The notes under the pieces are model-generated. The model was not told where the DNA came from. It saw nothing but the letters and a program-made list of their open reading frames with translations, and did no database searches. From Psammoneis japonica (taxonomy: Eukaryota): a stretch of DNA of 62,763 nt. Both the position numbers and the translations under genes were made by a program. The stretch's first letter is position 1, and every line of letters starts with the position of its first letter. The stretch spans positions 848,979 to 911,741 of the forward strand of contig QPGO01000008.1 of NCBI GenBank assembly GCA_008632985.1, read 5' to 3'. Shown here piece after piece: positions 1-11,113 of the stretch.

Positions 1-1057
1 ACAGTTTCAGCACATGTGTGTTTCATGTCCCACCACCAATCTTGCAATGCGAGTCCATGCTGTGTGCATGCCTTGGGGCAAATCAGACAGCACAATGATG
101 AAAGCCTTTGTGACAATGCTGATGGGATTTGCTCCCCACAGCAGTTCTCAAGCGGCGCTTCACTGCACCTCCTAAAGTTGCCTCCTGACCCACCGCCACA
201 CCTGGGGCCATTTTCTTTGTGGCAACTTGCCTGTGTTGCTTCAGTTTTCATCTTTTTTTTTTTCCATTGTGTTGGACCTTGAGCTCCGACAACCTCCCCT
301 CCCCTCCCGCCCCTTCTTCCCTCAAGTGTCAACATCATTTTCAACCCAATCATGTGCGATTGCTTCTGTGGCCCTGCACTGCCCTTCTCTGACACCTCCA
401 ACAGCCCCCCTCACATTTCTCCGTCCCACGACCTCGTCCCCCACGAGACTGTGCTCCCGCAAAGCCAGTCATGACACGAGCAACAGCCCCGTGTCACCAC
501 CTTTCTTCTGTGACCCCCCCTTCTGCACCTGCCACAGCCCTGCTCAATGGAGCCAATCGCGGCACCTCCAACAGCCCTTTTTTTTGCAACTTTCCCCCAA
601 GTCACAACCTCCACTGATGCCCCCCATTGCCCAAGAACCTTGGCCACCTCATCCCAAACCAGCACCCCTCCAATCATGCCCCCGAGCAGCTTCCATTGCT
701 CCACAATCACAAAAAGTTCAACTCAATGCAAGACACCAACAATGCTCTTCCTTCTCTTTCTTTCCAGTGCTCCATCATGTCTTTCCTCCAAGACAAGTCC
801 CGCTGGCTGGCCTCCTCTTCAGGACACTGCTGACAGCTCTCAAGATTCTCAGCCCCTCCTCACAACTCCTCCTGACAAGTCGAGAAGGACCTCTTTGCAG
901 CTCTGAAAAAATGCAATGTTCAGTTTTGTGCCTGCAATCCATTGGCGGGACCGACAACAATGCAAAGGACATTGGACCCAACACTCGTTTCGCACCAATG
1001 ATCGAGTCGAGTGAATCATCAGCATTGAAAGCGTGGTTGCGCGTGCTCCTGGCCACG
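1..1057. other. TpA/CpG-depleted degenerate repeat domain 1
   Basis: By eye only one TA dinucleotide (173-174) occurs in 1..1057 and TG/CA are abundant. ORFs here are Tyr-free and Cys/His-rich. Positions 1-70 are a mutated copy of 1100-1169. Confidence 0.85.
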
Positions 1058-1099
1058 TATTTTAGTCTTGAGCGCGATCAACATATTGCACATTTCTAC

Positions 1100-1169
1100 A
1101 CAGTTTCAGTACATACGTGTTTCATGTCCCGCCACCGATCTTACAACACGAATCCGTGCTGTGCGCATG
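1100..1169 (+). repeat. Less-mutated copy of the direct repeat at 1-70
   Basis: Ungapped alignment to 1-70 with 11 differences, all transitions. Confidence 0.9.
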
Positions 1170-1321
1170 CATGCCTTGCTGGGGCGACCAACCAAATAAT
1201 GCTTGTTCCCTTGAAGCACGAGTGCGTTGCAGCTCTCAACCGTCAGATTTTGTCAGAATTGCCTTTTCATCACATTATTTCAGGCCACAACTCTGTACGA
1301 CGAAGGAGTCTCTAGGAAGCA

Positions 1322-3763
1322 ATGTGGACAAACAAGTTAGCGCTTTTGATCACAATCGTTAGCGCCCTTTGGTCAGTTTGCTTTGTGTTGTATGGTGGCA
1401 CGCCGGCTGGGAAGAAGGATTTCGCCCAAGTTGCGTCGCACTTTGTCCATGATGTCAAGGGTGGCGTGCCAGTCATAATGCTTACAGTGCCGATATTGAC
1501 AGCTGGCAGTGTCTGTATGCTTTTGCTAGTACGCGAGCAGTTCAATGTTTCTCCTAGACGAGTCCTTCCGCGACAACTTCCTCCTTTGATCCAACGCCTT
1601 GTGCAGAACTATCGATCTGGACAGGGCGATTGGAACTTCAAAAGCTTTGCCATTACATTTATCCTATTGCCTTGCACCATATTCTTATTTGGAAACATAT
1701 ATCGCCATTTGCATGGAAAAGAAATGGATTTGGATGATAAGCTCATGGAAATAAGCAACTCCTTTGCAATTATGGCGCTAATTGCAATGAGTTTTTTCTT
1801 GGTACCCGTTTCTCGGCACAGTCCGATACTTAAGGTTTTGGGATGGGGTGAAGCACATGTTGTTACGTTGCATATTTGGTCGGGACGAATTGTTTTGGTT
1901 GGAATCGTTGCGCACGGAGTCATGCATATGTTTCGCTGGGTGTCCCTTGCAGGCGAATCTCTATGGGTCATGATCTTTCCTCCCACGCAGTGTTATCCAC
2001 GGAGCAGTGATTATGAACCCACCTGCGTCGACTCTGACACAGATTGTTCGTGCTATGATCTCTTACGAAACATGACAGGCTTCTTCGCCATGGTTTTCGT
2101 GCTGTTGATTGGCATAACATCTTTCAACTTTGTGAGACGAAGGTTCTACAAAGCGTTTTATACTGCTCACGTCATTGCTGGGCCGCTGCTGCTCATCATG
2201 ACTATTTTACATTGGAATCGAGCTATCCTCTACATCTCTCCAAGTCTGCTGTACTATGTGGCAAGTTCCATGCCTGTCTTTGTGGAATCTCGGAGGAAAC
2301 GGCGACGGGATGGAGGTGTAAAGATCCTCTCAGTCAGGGTTATCCCTGACGATCGCGACAGGTTGTCGGAACGACCATGTGTCAGTATCACTTTTGAAGC
2401 CTCAAAGGCCGCCATCGATAGATACAGCCCAGGTCAATATGTTCAGTTGCTTGCGCCCTCGGTATCGGCCATATCTCATCCTTTTTCTGTTAACGTGGTT
2501 CCCGGCAAGCCGAATCAGATGAGGATCATCTTTCGAGTCATGGGTCCATTTACCGCAAAGTTTGCTCAAGCTTTGATATCGGCTAGCCGAAGCAACGGCT
2601 CTGAGACAATGCCACTGGTGAACTTGGATGGATATCATGGGACGCAATTTCGGGTGGATCATATGTTTCGACATGATTCGATTGTCTTGGTGGCTGGCGG
2701 AATCGGCATCACACCGTACTTGTCCATGTTGTTCTCGCTCTACGCGATCCTCTCGGCTCACCACGAGACCGTGACAAAAGAAGTTGTACTTCATTGGCTG
2801 TGCCGTGACCAGAGTCTTGTCGAATATGTGAAGAAAGAATACTTTAACTTTCTACTCGATCAAGACGGAAATGAATCATCCAAATTTCGCATCAGAATTG
2901 TTGTGCACAAGACACGACATATGGAAGGAAGGGACGACGCGAAAGCTGCAGCTTCCTACTCGGATGTGGAGAACCCTCAAGACATAGAACATGAGATGCA
3001 AGAACCTGGACTTGGCCTAGATTCGAAGCGCTCAACTGGTCAGGAAGAAGCAATAAGTGAAGACATGAATGGTGGCGGTAAGGCCTTTGTCCCATCTCGC
3101 TTTGCGGCTGGATCAAACTCGCTTGTGTCAATGAATCTGTTACCATTTAGTGGTTTTGTTTTCATTGCGTTTTTGGGACTTGGTATGATTTGGCTGCTGT
3201 ACACGCATGTACAAGAAAAGCACGCCGTTGCTTCCAGAATATGGGCTGGTGTTGCCCTCGTCGTGGTTGGTTTTGCTGGCGCTGTGGTGGTGAATGTGCT
3301 TATGGATCGTGTAAGCAACCAAGAAGGAGGCGACGCCGAGTACACGTACGTCATGGATACAGCGGCAGTTCATGGAGCTTCCTTGTGGTGGTGGACACAA
3401 GCCGAGACAGGTGAAACGGAAAACGAGACGTCGAACAGTGATGAGCAAGGTGGCATCGAATTAGAGAATGTTTCAAAGCTCGATGAAGAAGCAGAAGAAG
3501 CAGACTTGAGATTTACGTCTTCAAAAGAGCTAACAGGTGGGAGAGCCGCTGTCACTTACGAGGAACGGTCTGGTCGACCTACTGTTCATCAGTTGCTCAA
3601 GAGTGTCGATGATTCTAGATGCCCGGGATTGTTCTCGTGCGGTCCCTCTACATTGATGCAAGAACTGCGAGACGCAGCGGATGTGCGGTGCTCTATGAGA
3701 ATTCAGCAATGCATTTGCGCAAGTCCGCATATTTCTCTCTACGAAGAAGCATTTGAAATGTAA
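1322..3763 (+). CDS. Ferric reductase / NADPH-oxidase-like transmembrane flavocytochrome
   Basis: 813-aa ORF with His-bearing TM helices (LHIWSG, AHGVMH, AHVI, LHW), FAD motif HPFS, NADPH motif VAGGIGITP, and C-terminal CGP and EEAFEM. Confidence 0.9.
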   Translation: MWTNKLALLITIVSALWSVCFVLYGGTPAGKKDFAQVASHFVHDVKGGVPVIMLTVPILTAGSVCMLLLVREQFNVSPRRVLPRQLPPLIQRLVQNYRSGQGDWNFKSFAITFILLPCTIFLFGNIYRHLHGKEMDLDDKLMEISNSFAIMALIAMSFFLVPVSRHSPILKVLGWGEAHVVTLHIWSGRIVLVGIVAHGVMHMFRWVSLAGESLWVMIFPPTQCYPRSSDYEPTCVDSDTDCSCYDLLRNMTGFFAMVFVLLIGITSFNFVRRRFYKAFYTAHVIAGPLLLIMTILHWNRAILYISPSLLYYVASSMPVFVESRRKRRRDGGVKILSVRVIPDDRDRLSERPCVSITFEASKAAIDRYSPGQYVQLLAPSVSAISHPFSVNVVPGKPNQMRIIFRVMGPFTAKFAQALISASRSNGSETMPLVNLDGYHGTQFRVDHMFRHDSIVLVAGGIGITPYLSMLFSLYAILSAHHETVTKEVVLHWLCRDQSLVEYVKKEYFNFLLDQDGNESSKFRIRIVVHKTRHMEGRDDAKAAASYSDVENPQDIEHEMQEPGLGLDSKRSTGQEEAISEDMNGGGKAFVPSRFAAGSNSLVSMNLLPFSGFVFIAFLGLGMIWLLYTHVQEKHAVASRIWAGVALVVVGFAGAVVVNVLMDRVSNQEGGDAEYTYVMDTAAVHGASLWWWTQAETGETENETSNSDEQGGIELENVSKLDEEAEEADLRFTSSKELTGGRAAVTYEERSGRPTVHQLLKSVDDSRCPGLFSCGPSTLMQELRDAADVRCSMRIQQCICASPHISLYEEAFEM

Positions 3764-3884
3764 ATGCTTCGGAAACAAGCAGCTGCTACTGAACTAGAAT
3801 TTTTTTCAAGTCAAACTAACTTCAAAATCATACTGCTACAAGCTACGTTACGCCCCCTATGAAGAACAGATATATATGCTTTTG

Positions 3885-5056
3885 TCATAGCTGATCGGCC
3901 TTTCGTTTCAGACCAGCATCAGCGGGAGTCGGTGCTAATGGATTTGGCGTCGGGGCTAGCGGGTTTGGCGGAGCAAATGCCTGATGTTGTGCTGGCCTCG
4001 GGATGGATACAGCTGCAGTCCCGAGGGTCGCTGGCGCTATGGGTGCTGTAGAAGGCGGCGTCACAAACGGTTGTTGCTGCGGCGGTACCCCGGGAACAGG
4101 TGCTGCGGCAAGCGGAGGCATGACAGTGGTAGGCGCGACCATGGTGGACGCCGCCGCTGTTGTTGGAACCACATCCATGGAGTTGGCGTCGTTGCCTTGC
4201 TTTCCTTGAGCTGAATCGGAATTTGCTGTCCACGTTTTGCGCCGTAGCTGGTTTTGTCGGCACCGCTCGTTTTGGTTTTCTTGCTTGACTTTTTGGACGG
4301 AAACGCCGGCACTGGAGCAACCATGCGTTGAGCAACTTGCGCTCCACTCACAACATCAAAGGTTCGGGCGGTCAATTGATGCGGTGCCGGCGGCAGCAGA
4401 ATTCCATTATAACACGTGGTTGGGATCGGTGGAAGGGGGACCCGATTGATTTGTTGTGCCAATTCACTTAATCGCGGCTGCAATGCTGAAAGAGACGTCA
4501 TGGTGCTATCGTTGTTGGGCCTCAATTCAAAGGCCAACAGCAAGTCAGCCCGTGAGATCTCGTGTCGGTTTGCAGCAAAAGCATAATCTTGCGCATCTGC
4601 CACCAGTTCAAGAGCGAAACGACGGGCCTGCTCCAAGAGACACGCAAAGGCCTGAGGAGTGACGTCGGTGCGCGTCATGTTTTGATTCAGCAAGGCCCGC
4701 TCCACCAACTGGACCTGATCCGCAACGATGGACGACCCTCCCGTGCTCATACCCGAGTCGCCCGATACACTCGCAATGGGATCTTCTACTCGATACCATA
4801 GAGGATCTAGTTTGAGTACCGCAGATGCAGCCTGTTGCTGAGCCAGTTCAATTTGAGCAGCATTTGCAGCGCTTCGTATGGATGCCGCAGATGCAGCCGA
4901 AGACGCGGCGGTCGAACGTGCGGTAGTCTTTTTGCGCTTGGTCTTTCGCTTCGGCTTAGACGTTGTTGATTTCGTTGACTTCTTCGTTGTCTTTGGTGCT
5001 TGGCTGGGTGCCGAAGCAGAAGCAGCGGCTGCCTTGGGTGCCGGGACGTCCGCCAT
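3885..5056 (-). CDS. TAF9: TFIID subunit 9-like histone-fold protein, with an apparent 1-nt frameshift near 4180
   Basis: LLEQARRFALELVADAQDYAFAANRHEISRADLLLA ... LAQQINRVPLPPI ... GILLPP matches the TAF9 pattern. The Pro/Ala-rich tail ending KRKADQL continues in the 3885..4178 frame. Confidence 0.8.
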
Positions 5057-5189
5057 GGTAGGTCGAGACCTGGTGCGTGTGGAAGGCCTCGCGTTCCTCG
5101 GTGTTGCTTGCTGCTTGCTGTGTTATGTTGTGGAGTTGGGTGTTGTGTCGGAGGAAAAAGCCAGTTTTTATGCGTTTTCGACAAAAAAC

Positions 5190-5320
5190 AATGTTTTTTT
5201 CTAAAAAGTATTAGACCTCTAATGTTTTTTATTGGGACCTCAGACCTCGAGGTAAAATGGTTTTTCAAAAAGCGTTGGAACTCCAATGGTTTTTGTCCAG
5301 ACCTCAGACCTCGAGGTCTG
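5190..5320 (+). repeat. Two copies of a small dispersed repeat (AGACCTCTAATG...AGACCTCAGACCTCG), also found inverted at 42668-42854
   Basis: Direct comparison with the reverse complement of 42668-42854. Confidence 0.8.
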
Positions 5321-7900
5321 ACGGAAAAGCTTACCCCGTGGCATTTGAAATGTGTGAGACCCGTCGCACTCTCTCTAGAGAGCTGGTGGCAAAGCGGGTG
5401 TAATTTTGGGGCACCCCCTGCCTCAAAAAAAAATTGCCACCAACAAATGGGCCTCCTGAGAGGCACGCATGTTTTGCTTGTAATTTTTCACACTGGTGCA
5501 AAAACAGACTCATCATCATCATCTGTGATGGCAACAATGTTGGCAGCCAACAATCAACCACGAACTTCAATCAACAAAAGATGTCAAAGCTTGTTGCTGG
5601 GAAGCTGCTGTGTGGCGCACTCAGCATGAAAGAAACAATGGCAAAAAATGGCGAGGTTGCCATCAACAGAAAACAAAACAAAGGCAAGTTCGTGTGCCAC
5701 CACAGACGAACAAGAAAAACATGCAACAAGGTCACTGAAGCCTTGCCCATGGATGCAATGGCAACACATGACATCAATCACATCATTTTGAATTGAGCAA
5801 ACTTGTCAGAACAATGGCTTGACACGCGCAAGGTTGCAGCACCACCAAACGCCATGGCATTTTGATGCAGTGTTGCAGCACCGCCAAATGCCATGGCATT
5901 TTGATGCAGTCACTTGACACTTGGCTGAGCACTCTCAACTCTCAACTTCACACGCAAATGAGTTGATTGAAGTCAGAGATGTGTGGAGTTGTCCCTGGTT
6001 GGATGTCTGCAACAAGTTTTTACATCCCCAAATTGCACTCTGAATCACACCCCAATTTCCGCAAGTGCAATGGTCCAAGTTGTTCACGGTGTCAGTTTTT
6101 GAATGCAAGGGTCGCTCACATTTTTCAGACCCGATCGCACACCAAAATGAGAACATCGTGCACCACAATTGAGGCACAACAGTGGCAGAAATCTTTGGCA
6201 TTTCTCCAAAACACAGCGGGATCTACAAACTTTTGATGTGCATCTGACCTTCAATGCACAAAGAGCATGAAACAAAATGAAAGTTTGCAGACAGACCACC
6301 TCTGTCACACAGACTTGTGGATGTTTTTCACTGAGCTGAAGTGCCATGATGAAATTCAGGAAAAATCATGCAAGTCATGAGCTGTTTGGCCAAATTTGAG
6401 CCAAAAATGCAGCAAACAATCCCCCCAGCACAGTTGTGTGAATGAGCAGGGTTCTCAAATTGCAAATGTGGAGTTCACAAACTTGCAAACATTTGTTGCC
6501 AAAGTGTGGATTTGTCATTTATGACGGACGTTTGTTGAGCCAGAATTTGTTCAGAAATTGTCTTGTTTGCAAACAGATTGTTTGCATGCTCACAGACACA
6601 AAATGTGAGCCATCATTTAAAACAGCTTGTGAAATTGCTTGGAAAGCAAAGAAACTCAGTTTTGCCAACGAAATGGAGAAGAAATGATGTCGAAGCATTT
6701 TGAGGGTGCCAACAAGTGACACAGCAGGATTTCATGTCAGCTCTTTGTGTTCAATGAAGAGCTGGAACACTGGTTCTTTGGGGTGCCCAAGGTGAGTTGA
6801 CTGTTGCAATTCCAAACTATGACAAAACATTGAAGTGTGCTTTTTTTCAATTTTCTCACTTGTGCTGCATTCTCTCTCTTGCACTGCAAAGAAGAAGCAA
6901 GAGCACTCAATTGATCTTTGCTTCTGTTGCAGCGGCAAGGTCTGACACTGACATCTGAACATGCAAGAGTGCAAGTGTGATGAATCAAGTGCCACGTTGT
7001 TGATCCACTGGTTTGTTGCTTGCTCCATTTGCCAGCTGTTGCACTGGTCAATTCTGCCTGCTGCACCAAGGAGAAAAGGTGAGAAGGCTTGTCATTTTTT
7101 GTTTCATCGCAGCACAAAGCTCTTGTGTCATTGTTGGGACAAGCAAGCAAGAATGTGAATGTTTGGTTTGCACATTTTGCTGTTGACTGAATCTTTCCTT
7201 TTCTTTGCTGCATGTTCTCGCTTTTGATTTGTTCACTCTTTGCACTCCAAAGAAAAATGGAAAGTTGGTTGGTTGTGGACATGACAAAAGGTTTGTCCTC
7301 AGTGATTGCCGCACCAATCCCACAATGCAACAAGTTGAGAGCATGGAGGAGCAAGGGGTGTGGTGTCATTTCCCAAAACCTCCACAGTGCTGTTGGAACT
7401 CCACCCCACCATTTCCACATGTTCTTTGTTGGATGAAATGCCGCTGTTGATGGCTGAGCACAGTTCCAAGAACACTTCTGCCAGGGAAGAAAAACTGCCA
7501 ACAGCAGGGATGGGTTCCTGGCCTGAACGCTTCACCACAGACAGTGGCAGATCTTGTGGAGCAGCAGGGAAAAGAGCAGAGACTTTGTTTTGTGCAACAA
7601 TTGATGCAAGAACAGAGGGCAATTTTTGTCCTCATCCTTTTCTTCTGGACATTGTGGTTGCTGCATGGCAACAACAATGTGGACAGAGCTCTTCTTCTCA
7701 TTGTGCATTTGTCCCTTCAATGGCTGCAAAAGAAGTGGGGCTGCCTGTCATTGTTGACAACTGGCTTTGATTCAAATGATTTCAGAGCCGCGGTTGCCTT
7801 GGCATGAACAGCAGCTTCTGCTGTGTTGTCATTTGTCATGTGATCCACAGAAATCAATGACCAAACTGCAACACGGTTCTTTCTTTTTGTTGTGGTTTTG
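5255..7900. other. TpA/CpG-depleted degenerate domain 2 (probable decayed TE, family not recognised)
   Basis: TA and CG are rare. Many overlapping, nearly Tyr-free ORFs. Contains a 39-bp tandem duplication at 5833-5910. Confidence 0.8.
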
Positions 7901-8256
7901 CACAGAAACGAAAGAATAAGTCGGATGCATGACTTGGTCCTGATTTGCTTTTAAGCGTGTCTGGGGCAGATCTGGAGTTGTCGGTTATCGGTCCTCTGTA
8001 GTTGGGGGTCAGGGTTCTACACTACTGTACTGTACCGTACCCAACTAAGGGCTCGAGGCTAAACGTGGCACTTCACCGTACTGGTGCCCACTTCTGTGTT
8101 TTAAGGGCACGAAGAAAGGACAGTGACGTACAGAAGCGCAAATAAAAATTGCTAAGGGAGTAGAGTTTCTATCATAGGGCGATGCTCGTGATGGTATCAG
8201 CGTTCAAATCAACAACAAAAACACAGAGATTACGAGGATGCAGTGTATGCTCAACG

Positions 8257-9939
8257 TTACCATCCACTGAAATCACCAAAAGATGTTTTCTTCGGAGGCG
8301 GTTTGAGGCGAGATGCAACTCGGATTTCTTCCGCTCCACCGAGAGTATCATTGCCATCCTGGTCGCCCTTTGTTTTGGAAGACGCTTTGGCCACGGCAAC
8401 GCTTAAATATTTTCCCACTTGGTTGCCCGAGTCTACCGCGACTGTCTTGGAAGCTGTGCCCATTGATGATGAAACCGCTTTACTTGTTCTCCTTCCTCCA
8501 AGGGCCGAACGTTTCTTCATCTCGGCCTCCTTTCGCTTCACTTCAGCCCTTTCTTTGATACGCTCACGTTCTATGTCTTGAGCTTCCTCGACGGGAGTGA
8601 CAAGAACTTCTGCCAACATTATTTTGATCTCTTCCGCAGGGCGATCTTTCTTGTCGGTAGGGATGCGTTCCATATTCTTGACAATGTCAATGCCTTGTAC
8701 AACTCTTCCAAAGACGGAATGCTTTCTATCCAAGTGCTGACAACTCTTGAATGTGATAAAGAATTGACGCTTGTTTGTATTTGCTCCGGCGTTCGCCATA
8801 GACAAAACCCCAGTACCTACGTGCTTGAGGCGATCGTCGAATTCATCGGCAAAAGCAGGACCCCATAAACTAGATTCTTCTTGCCCCTTGGGAGGTTTAC
8901 CTCCTTGTATCATAAAATTTGGGATGCTTCGATGAAACTTAGTGCCATTGTACTTTCCTGCCTCTGCCAAGCCCAAGAAATTCATGCAAGTCCGAGGAAC
9001 AATGTCACAATGTAACTCAATTCCCAAGTTCCCCAAGTTGGTTTTCAACGTGACGTAACCCTTCTTTTTGCGTTTCTTCATGGTAGCAAATAGAGAGGCG
9101 AGTATTTCTTCTTCGGTTGCTTCTCTTGCCATATTTTCATGGGTGATTTCCATCACAGTCGATGTGAGAGATCCAGAACACTTTCCTGATGTCAGTTGAC
9201 GCCCGTCCACTTCGTCTGTGTATATTTTCATCTTTTTCGCATCTGTTGCTGTAATGTCCGTGCTGCTGTCGCGTTTCTTTTTCTGCTTTTCCTTTGCAAT
9301 TGCATCCATGATTCGTCTTGAAGTGACAGTCTGACGCACATCATCGTTCCCGCTGTTGCTGTTGGCCTTGAGTTGACGAGCGTTCAACACGTGATGAAAG
9401 TTGTTTATGTCACGCAATTTGTTGTGCTCGTCGTTGTCAGGATCATTCAAGATCAGAACGTGTTTGCTCTTGTTGAATTTCAGACCTGAAGTCAAGTCTT
9501 CGTAACTCTTGGACTTGACGTTGAGTTCGTGATACGCTTCATACGAATAAACATTTGCTTCGTTTCCCGGTGGATCTTGTATAATCGCGACGATTTTGGT
9601 ATGTTCTGAGAAAGGTTTGGTTAACACGGGGCACTGCCATTCTCCTTCTTCATTCTTATCCATATTGAGTGTAATCAGATCACGAGTAGTCATTGGTTTT
9701 CCGGTGACGGGGTCAGTGCCATTCTTTAGTATAAACGGTAGGATGGCAGAGTTCTCAAAGACAATGCCGTTCCGAGTGCAGACAGGATTCTCGAACGGCA
9801 CAAGGGAAAGCGCACAGCAATTGAATGGCAGCCGTTTCTGAGTAGTAGACCCATGTCCTATACTTCCAGCTCGGAGAGCTTGGTTCGAACGATGTTCCCT
9901 CGCAGACTGATACTGTTTCTCTTTCTGTCGTTTCACCAT
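8257..9939 (-). CDS. PPIL2: U-box/RING cyclophilin-type peptidyl-prolyl isomerase (CYP60/CYP65-like)
   Basis: N-terminal RLPFNCCALSLVPFENPV and DPVTG, CPVLTKPF. Cyclophilin core FHRSIPNFMIQGG, LSMANAG, QFFITF, HLDRKHSVFGRVV. ATG at 9939 (MVKRQKEKQY). Confidence 0.9.
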   Translation of the reverse strand: MVKRQKEKQYQSAREHRSNQALRAGSIGHGSTTQKRLPFNCCALSLVPFENPVCTRNGIVFENSAILPFILKNGTDPVTGKPMTTRDLITLNMDKNEEGEWQCPVLTKPFSEHTKIVAIIQDPPGNEANVYSYEAYHELNVKSKSYEDLTSGLKFNKSKHVLILNDPDNDEHNKLRDINNFHHVLNARQLKANSNSGNDDVRQTVTSRRIMDAIAKEKQKKKRDSSTDITATDAKKMKIYTDEVDGRQLTSGKCSGSLTSTVMEITHENMAREATEEEILASLFATMKKRKKKGYVTLKTNLGNLGIELHCDIVPRTCMNFLGLAEAGKYNGTKFHRSIPNFMIQGGKPPKGQEESSLWGPAFADEFDDRLKHVGTGVLSMANAGANTNKRQFFITFKSCQHLDRKHSVFGRVVQGIDIVKNMERIPTDKKDRPAEEIKIMLAEVLVTPVEEAQDIERERIKERAEVKRKEAEMKKRSALGGRRTSKAVSSSMGTASKTVAVDSGNQVGKYLSVAVAKASSKTKGDQDGNDTLGGAEEIRVASRLKPPPKKTSFGDFSGW

Positions 9940-10743
9940 CGTCGCGTCGCTGCTCGCTGCATACCGGTAAGTTACGACCGCCACCAACCGCAGACATCTG
10001 AAATCTGAAACTGATCGATGATCGATGATCGATGCATACGGTACATGCGATGCGAAATGTTCAGTCTGTCTGGCTTGCGCGCGAAATCACCGTCGGACGC
10101 AAATAACACACGACAATGATGTGGTGACAATCGAAAAACAATTTGATGTTTCAAATGGCGGCAAGCCAAACCAGAGTGACTGTGATCATCTTGTTCATTG
10201 TCTTTGAGCCACAAGGGCTTGTTGGTGTGGCAAAAAGGTTGCTCCAGCAGCAGGGCAGGGTGCAAGTCATTGTCTTGCAGCACTCTTGCAACAAGATTGG
10301 CTCCAGTCAAATGCGGGCCTGACAGGGATTGGCCAAGTCTGTTTCTCCTTTCATCTGCCATGTTGGTTTGATGCATCAACTCACCTTGGGGGTCACTGCA
10401 AAATGACAAAAGCTGTCTTTCAGAGAAGTGCTCCAGTGTTTCCAGCGGGGGAGGCACTCTCTCTCTTCGCCGTCAGCACATCAGAGTCAGCGGGCACACT
10501 CTTGTTTTGTTTGTGTGCAAGCAGATTCACATTGGCCACTCACACAAAGCAACCAAGTGGGGGCAAGTGTGATGAGGGGGGCACTCTTTTGTCTGACAGC
10601 TGCTGATGGCACTCAAGGACAGCCTTTGTGCAAGAGGTTGTGCAGCCAGTGCTTTGTCATGCTGCGCTTTTTCATTTTCCACTCTTGCTCAATTTTCTCC
10701 ATTCTCACTGACAGCACCAAGGCTGAGTTTTTATGCTGTTCTG

Positions 10744-10768
10744 CTCTCTCTCTCTCTCTCTCTCTCTC
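10744..10768. repeat. (CT)n microsatellite
   Basis: Seen directly. Confidence 0.95.
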
Positions 10769-11060
10769 AAATGAACAACAAAATTGGTGAAGCTGATTTT
10801 CCATCAAATGTGACAAACAAAGAACAAAGAAGAGCAGCTGAGGCAGGGCTGCCAGCTCGGATGTTTGTCCAACTGTTTCGACGAATGGCAGGCACAACAA
10901 CGTTGGCCAAAGTCATGCGTGAGACTTTCATGGTGGCTCCATCAGTGGCCGGCTGTTGTTGTTTGCGTGGTTGAGGTTGTCGTGTTAAAAAGATCGAGTG
11001 GTGGGGGAGGACAGGCGAGTTGACTTGATCGAATGGTTTTTCTAAATCAATTCACTGCAC

Positions 11061-11113
<53 letters not shown>
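11061..11113. repeat. (TCTG)n(CT)n compound microsatellite
   Basis: Seen directly. It abuts the 3' end of the minus-strand RT relic. Confidence 0.95.

Noticed and set aside
227..1315. 362-aa ORF upstream of the ferric reductase
   Set aside because: Non-ATG start, no domain, and open only because of TA depletion.
5255..7900. Foreign (viral or contaminant) insert with its own composition
   Set aside because: Sequences shared between depleted and normal regions (1-70 vs 1100-1169; 5255-5320 vs 42668-42854) indicate in situ mutation. No viral hallmark genes were recognised.
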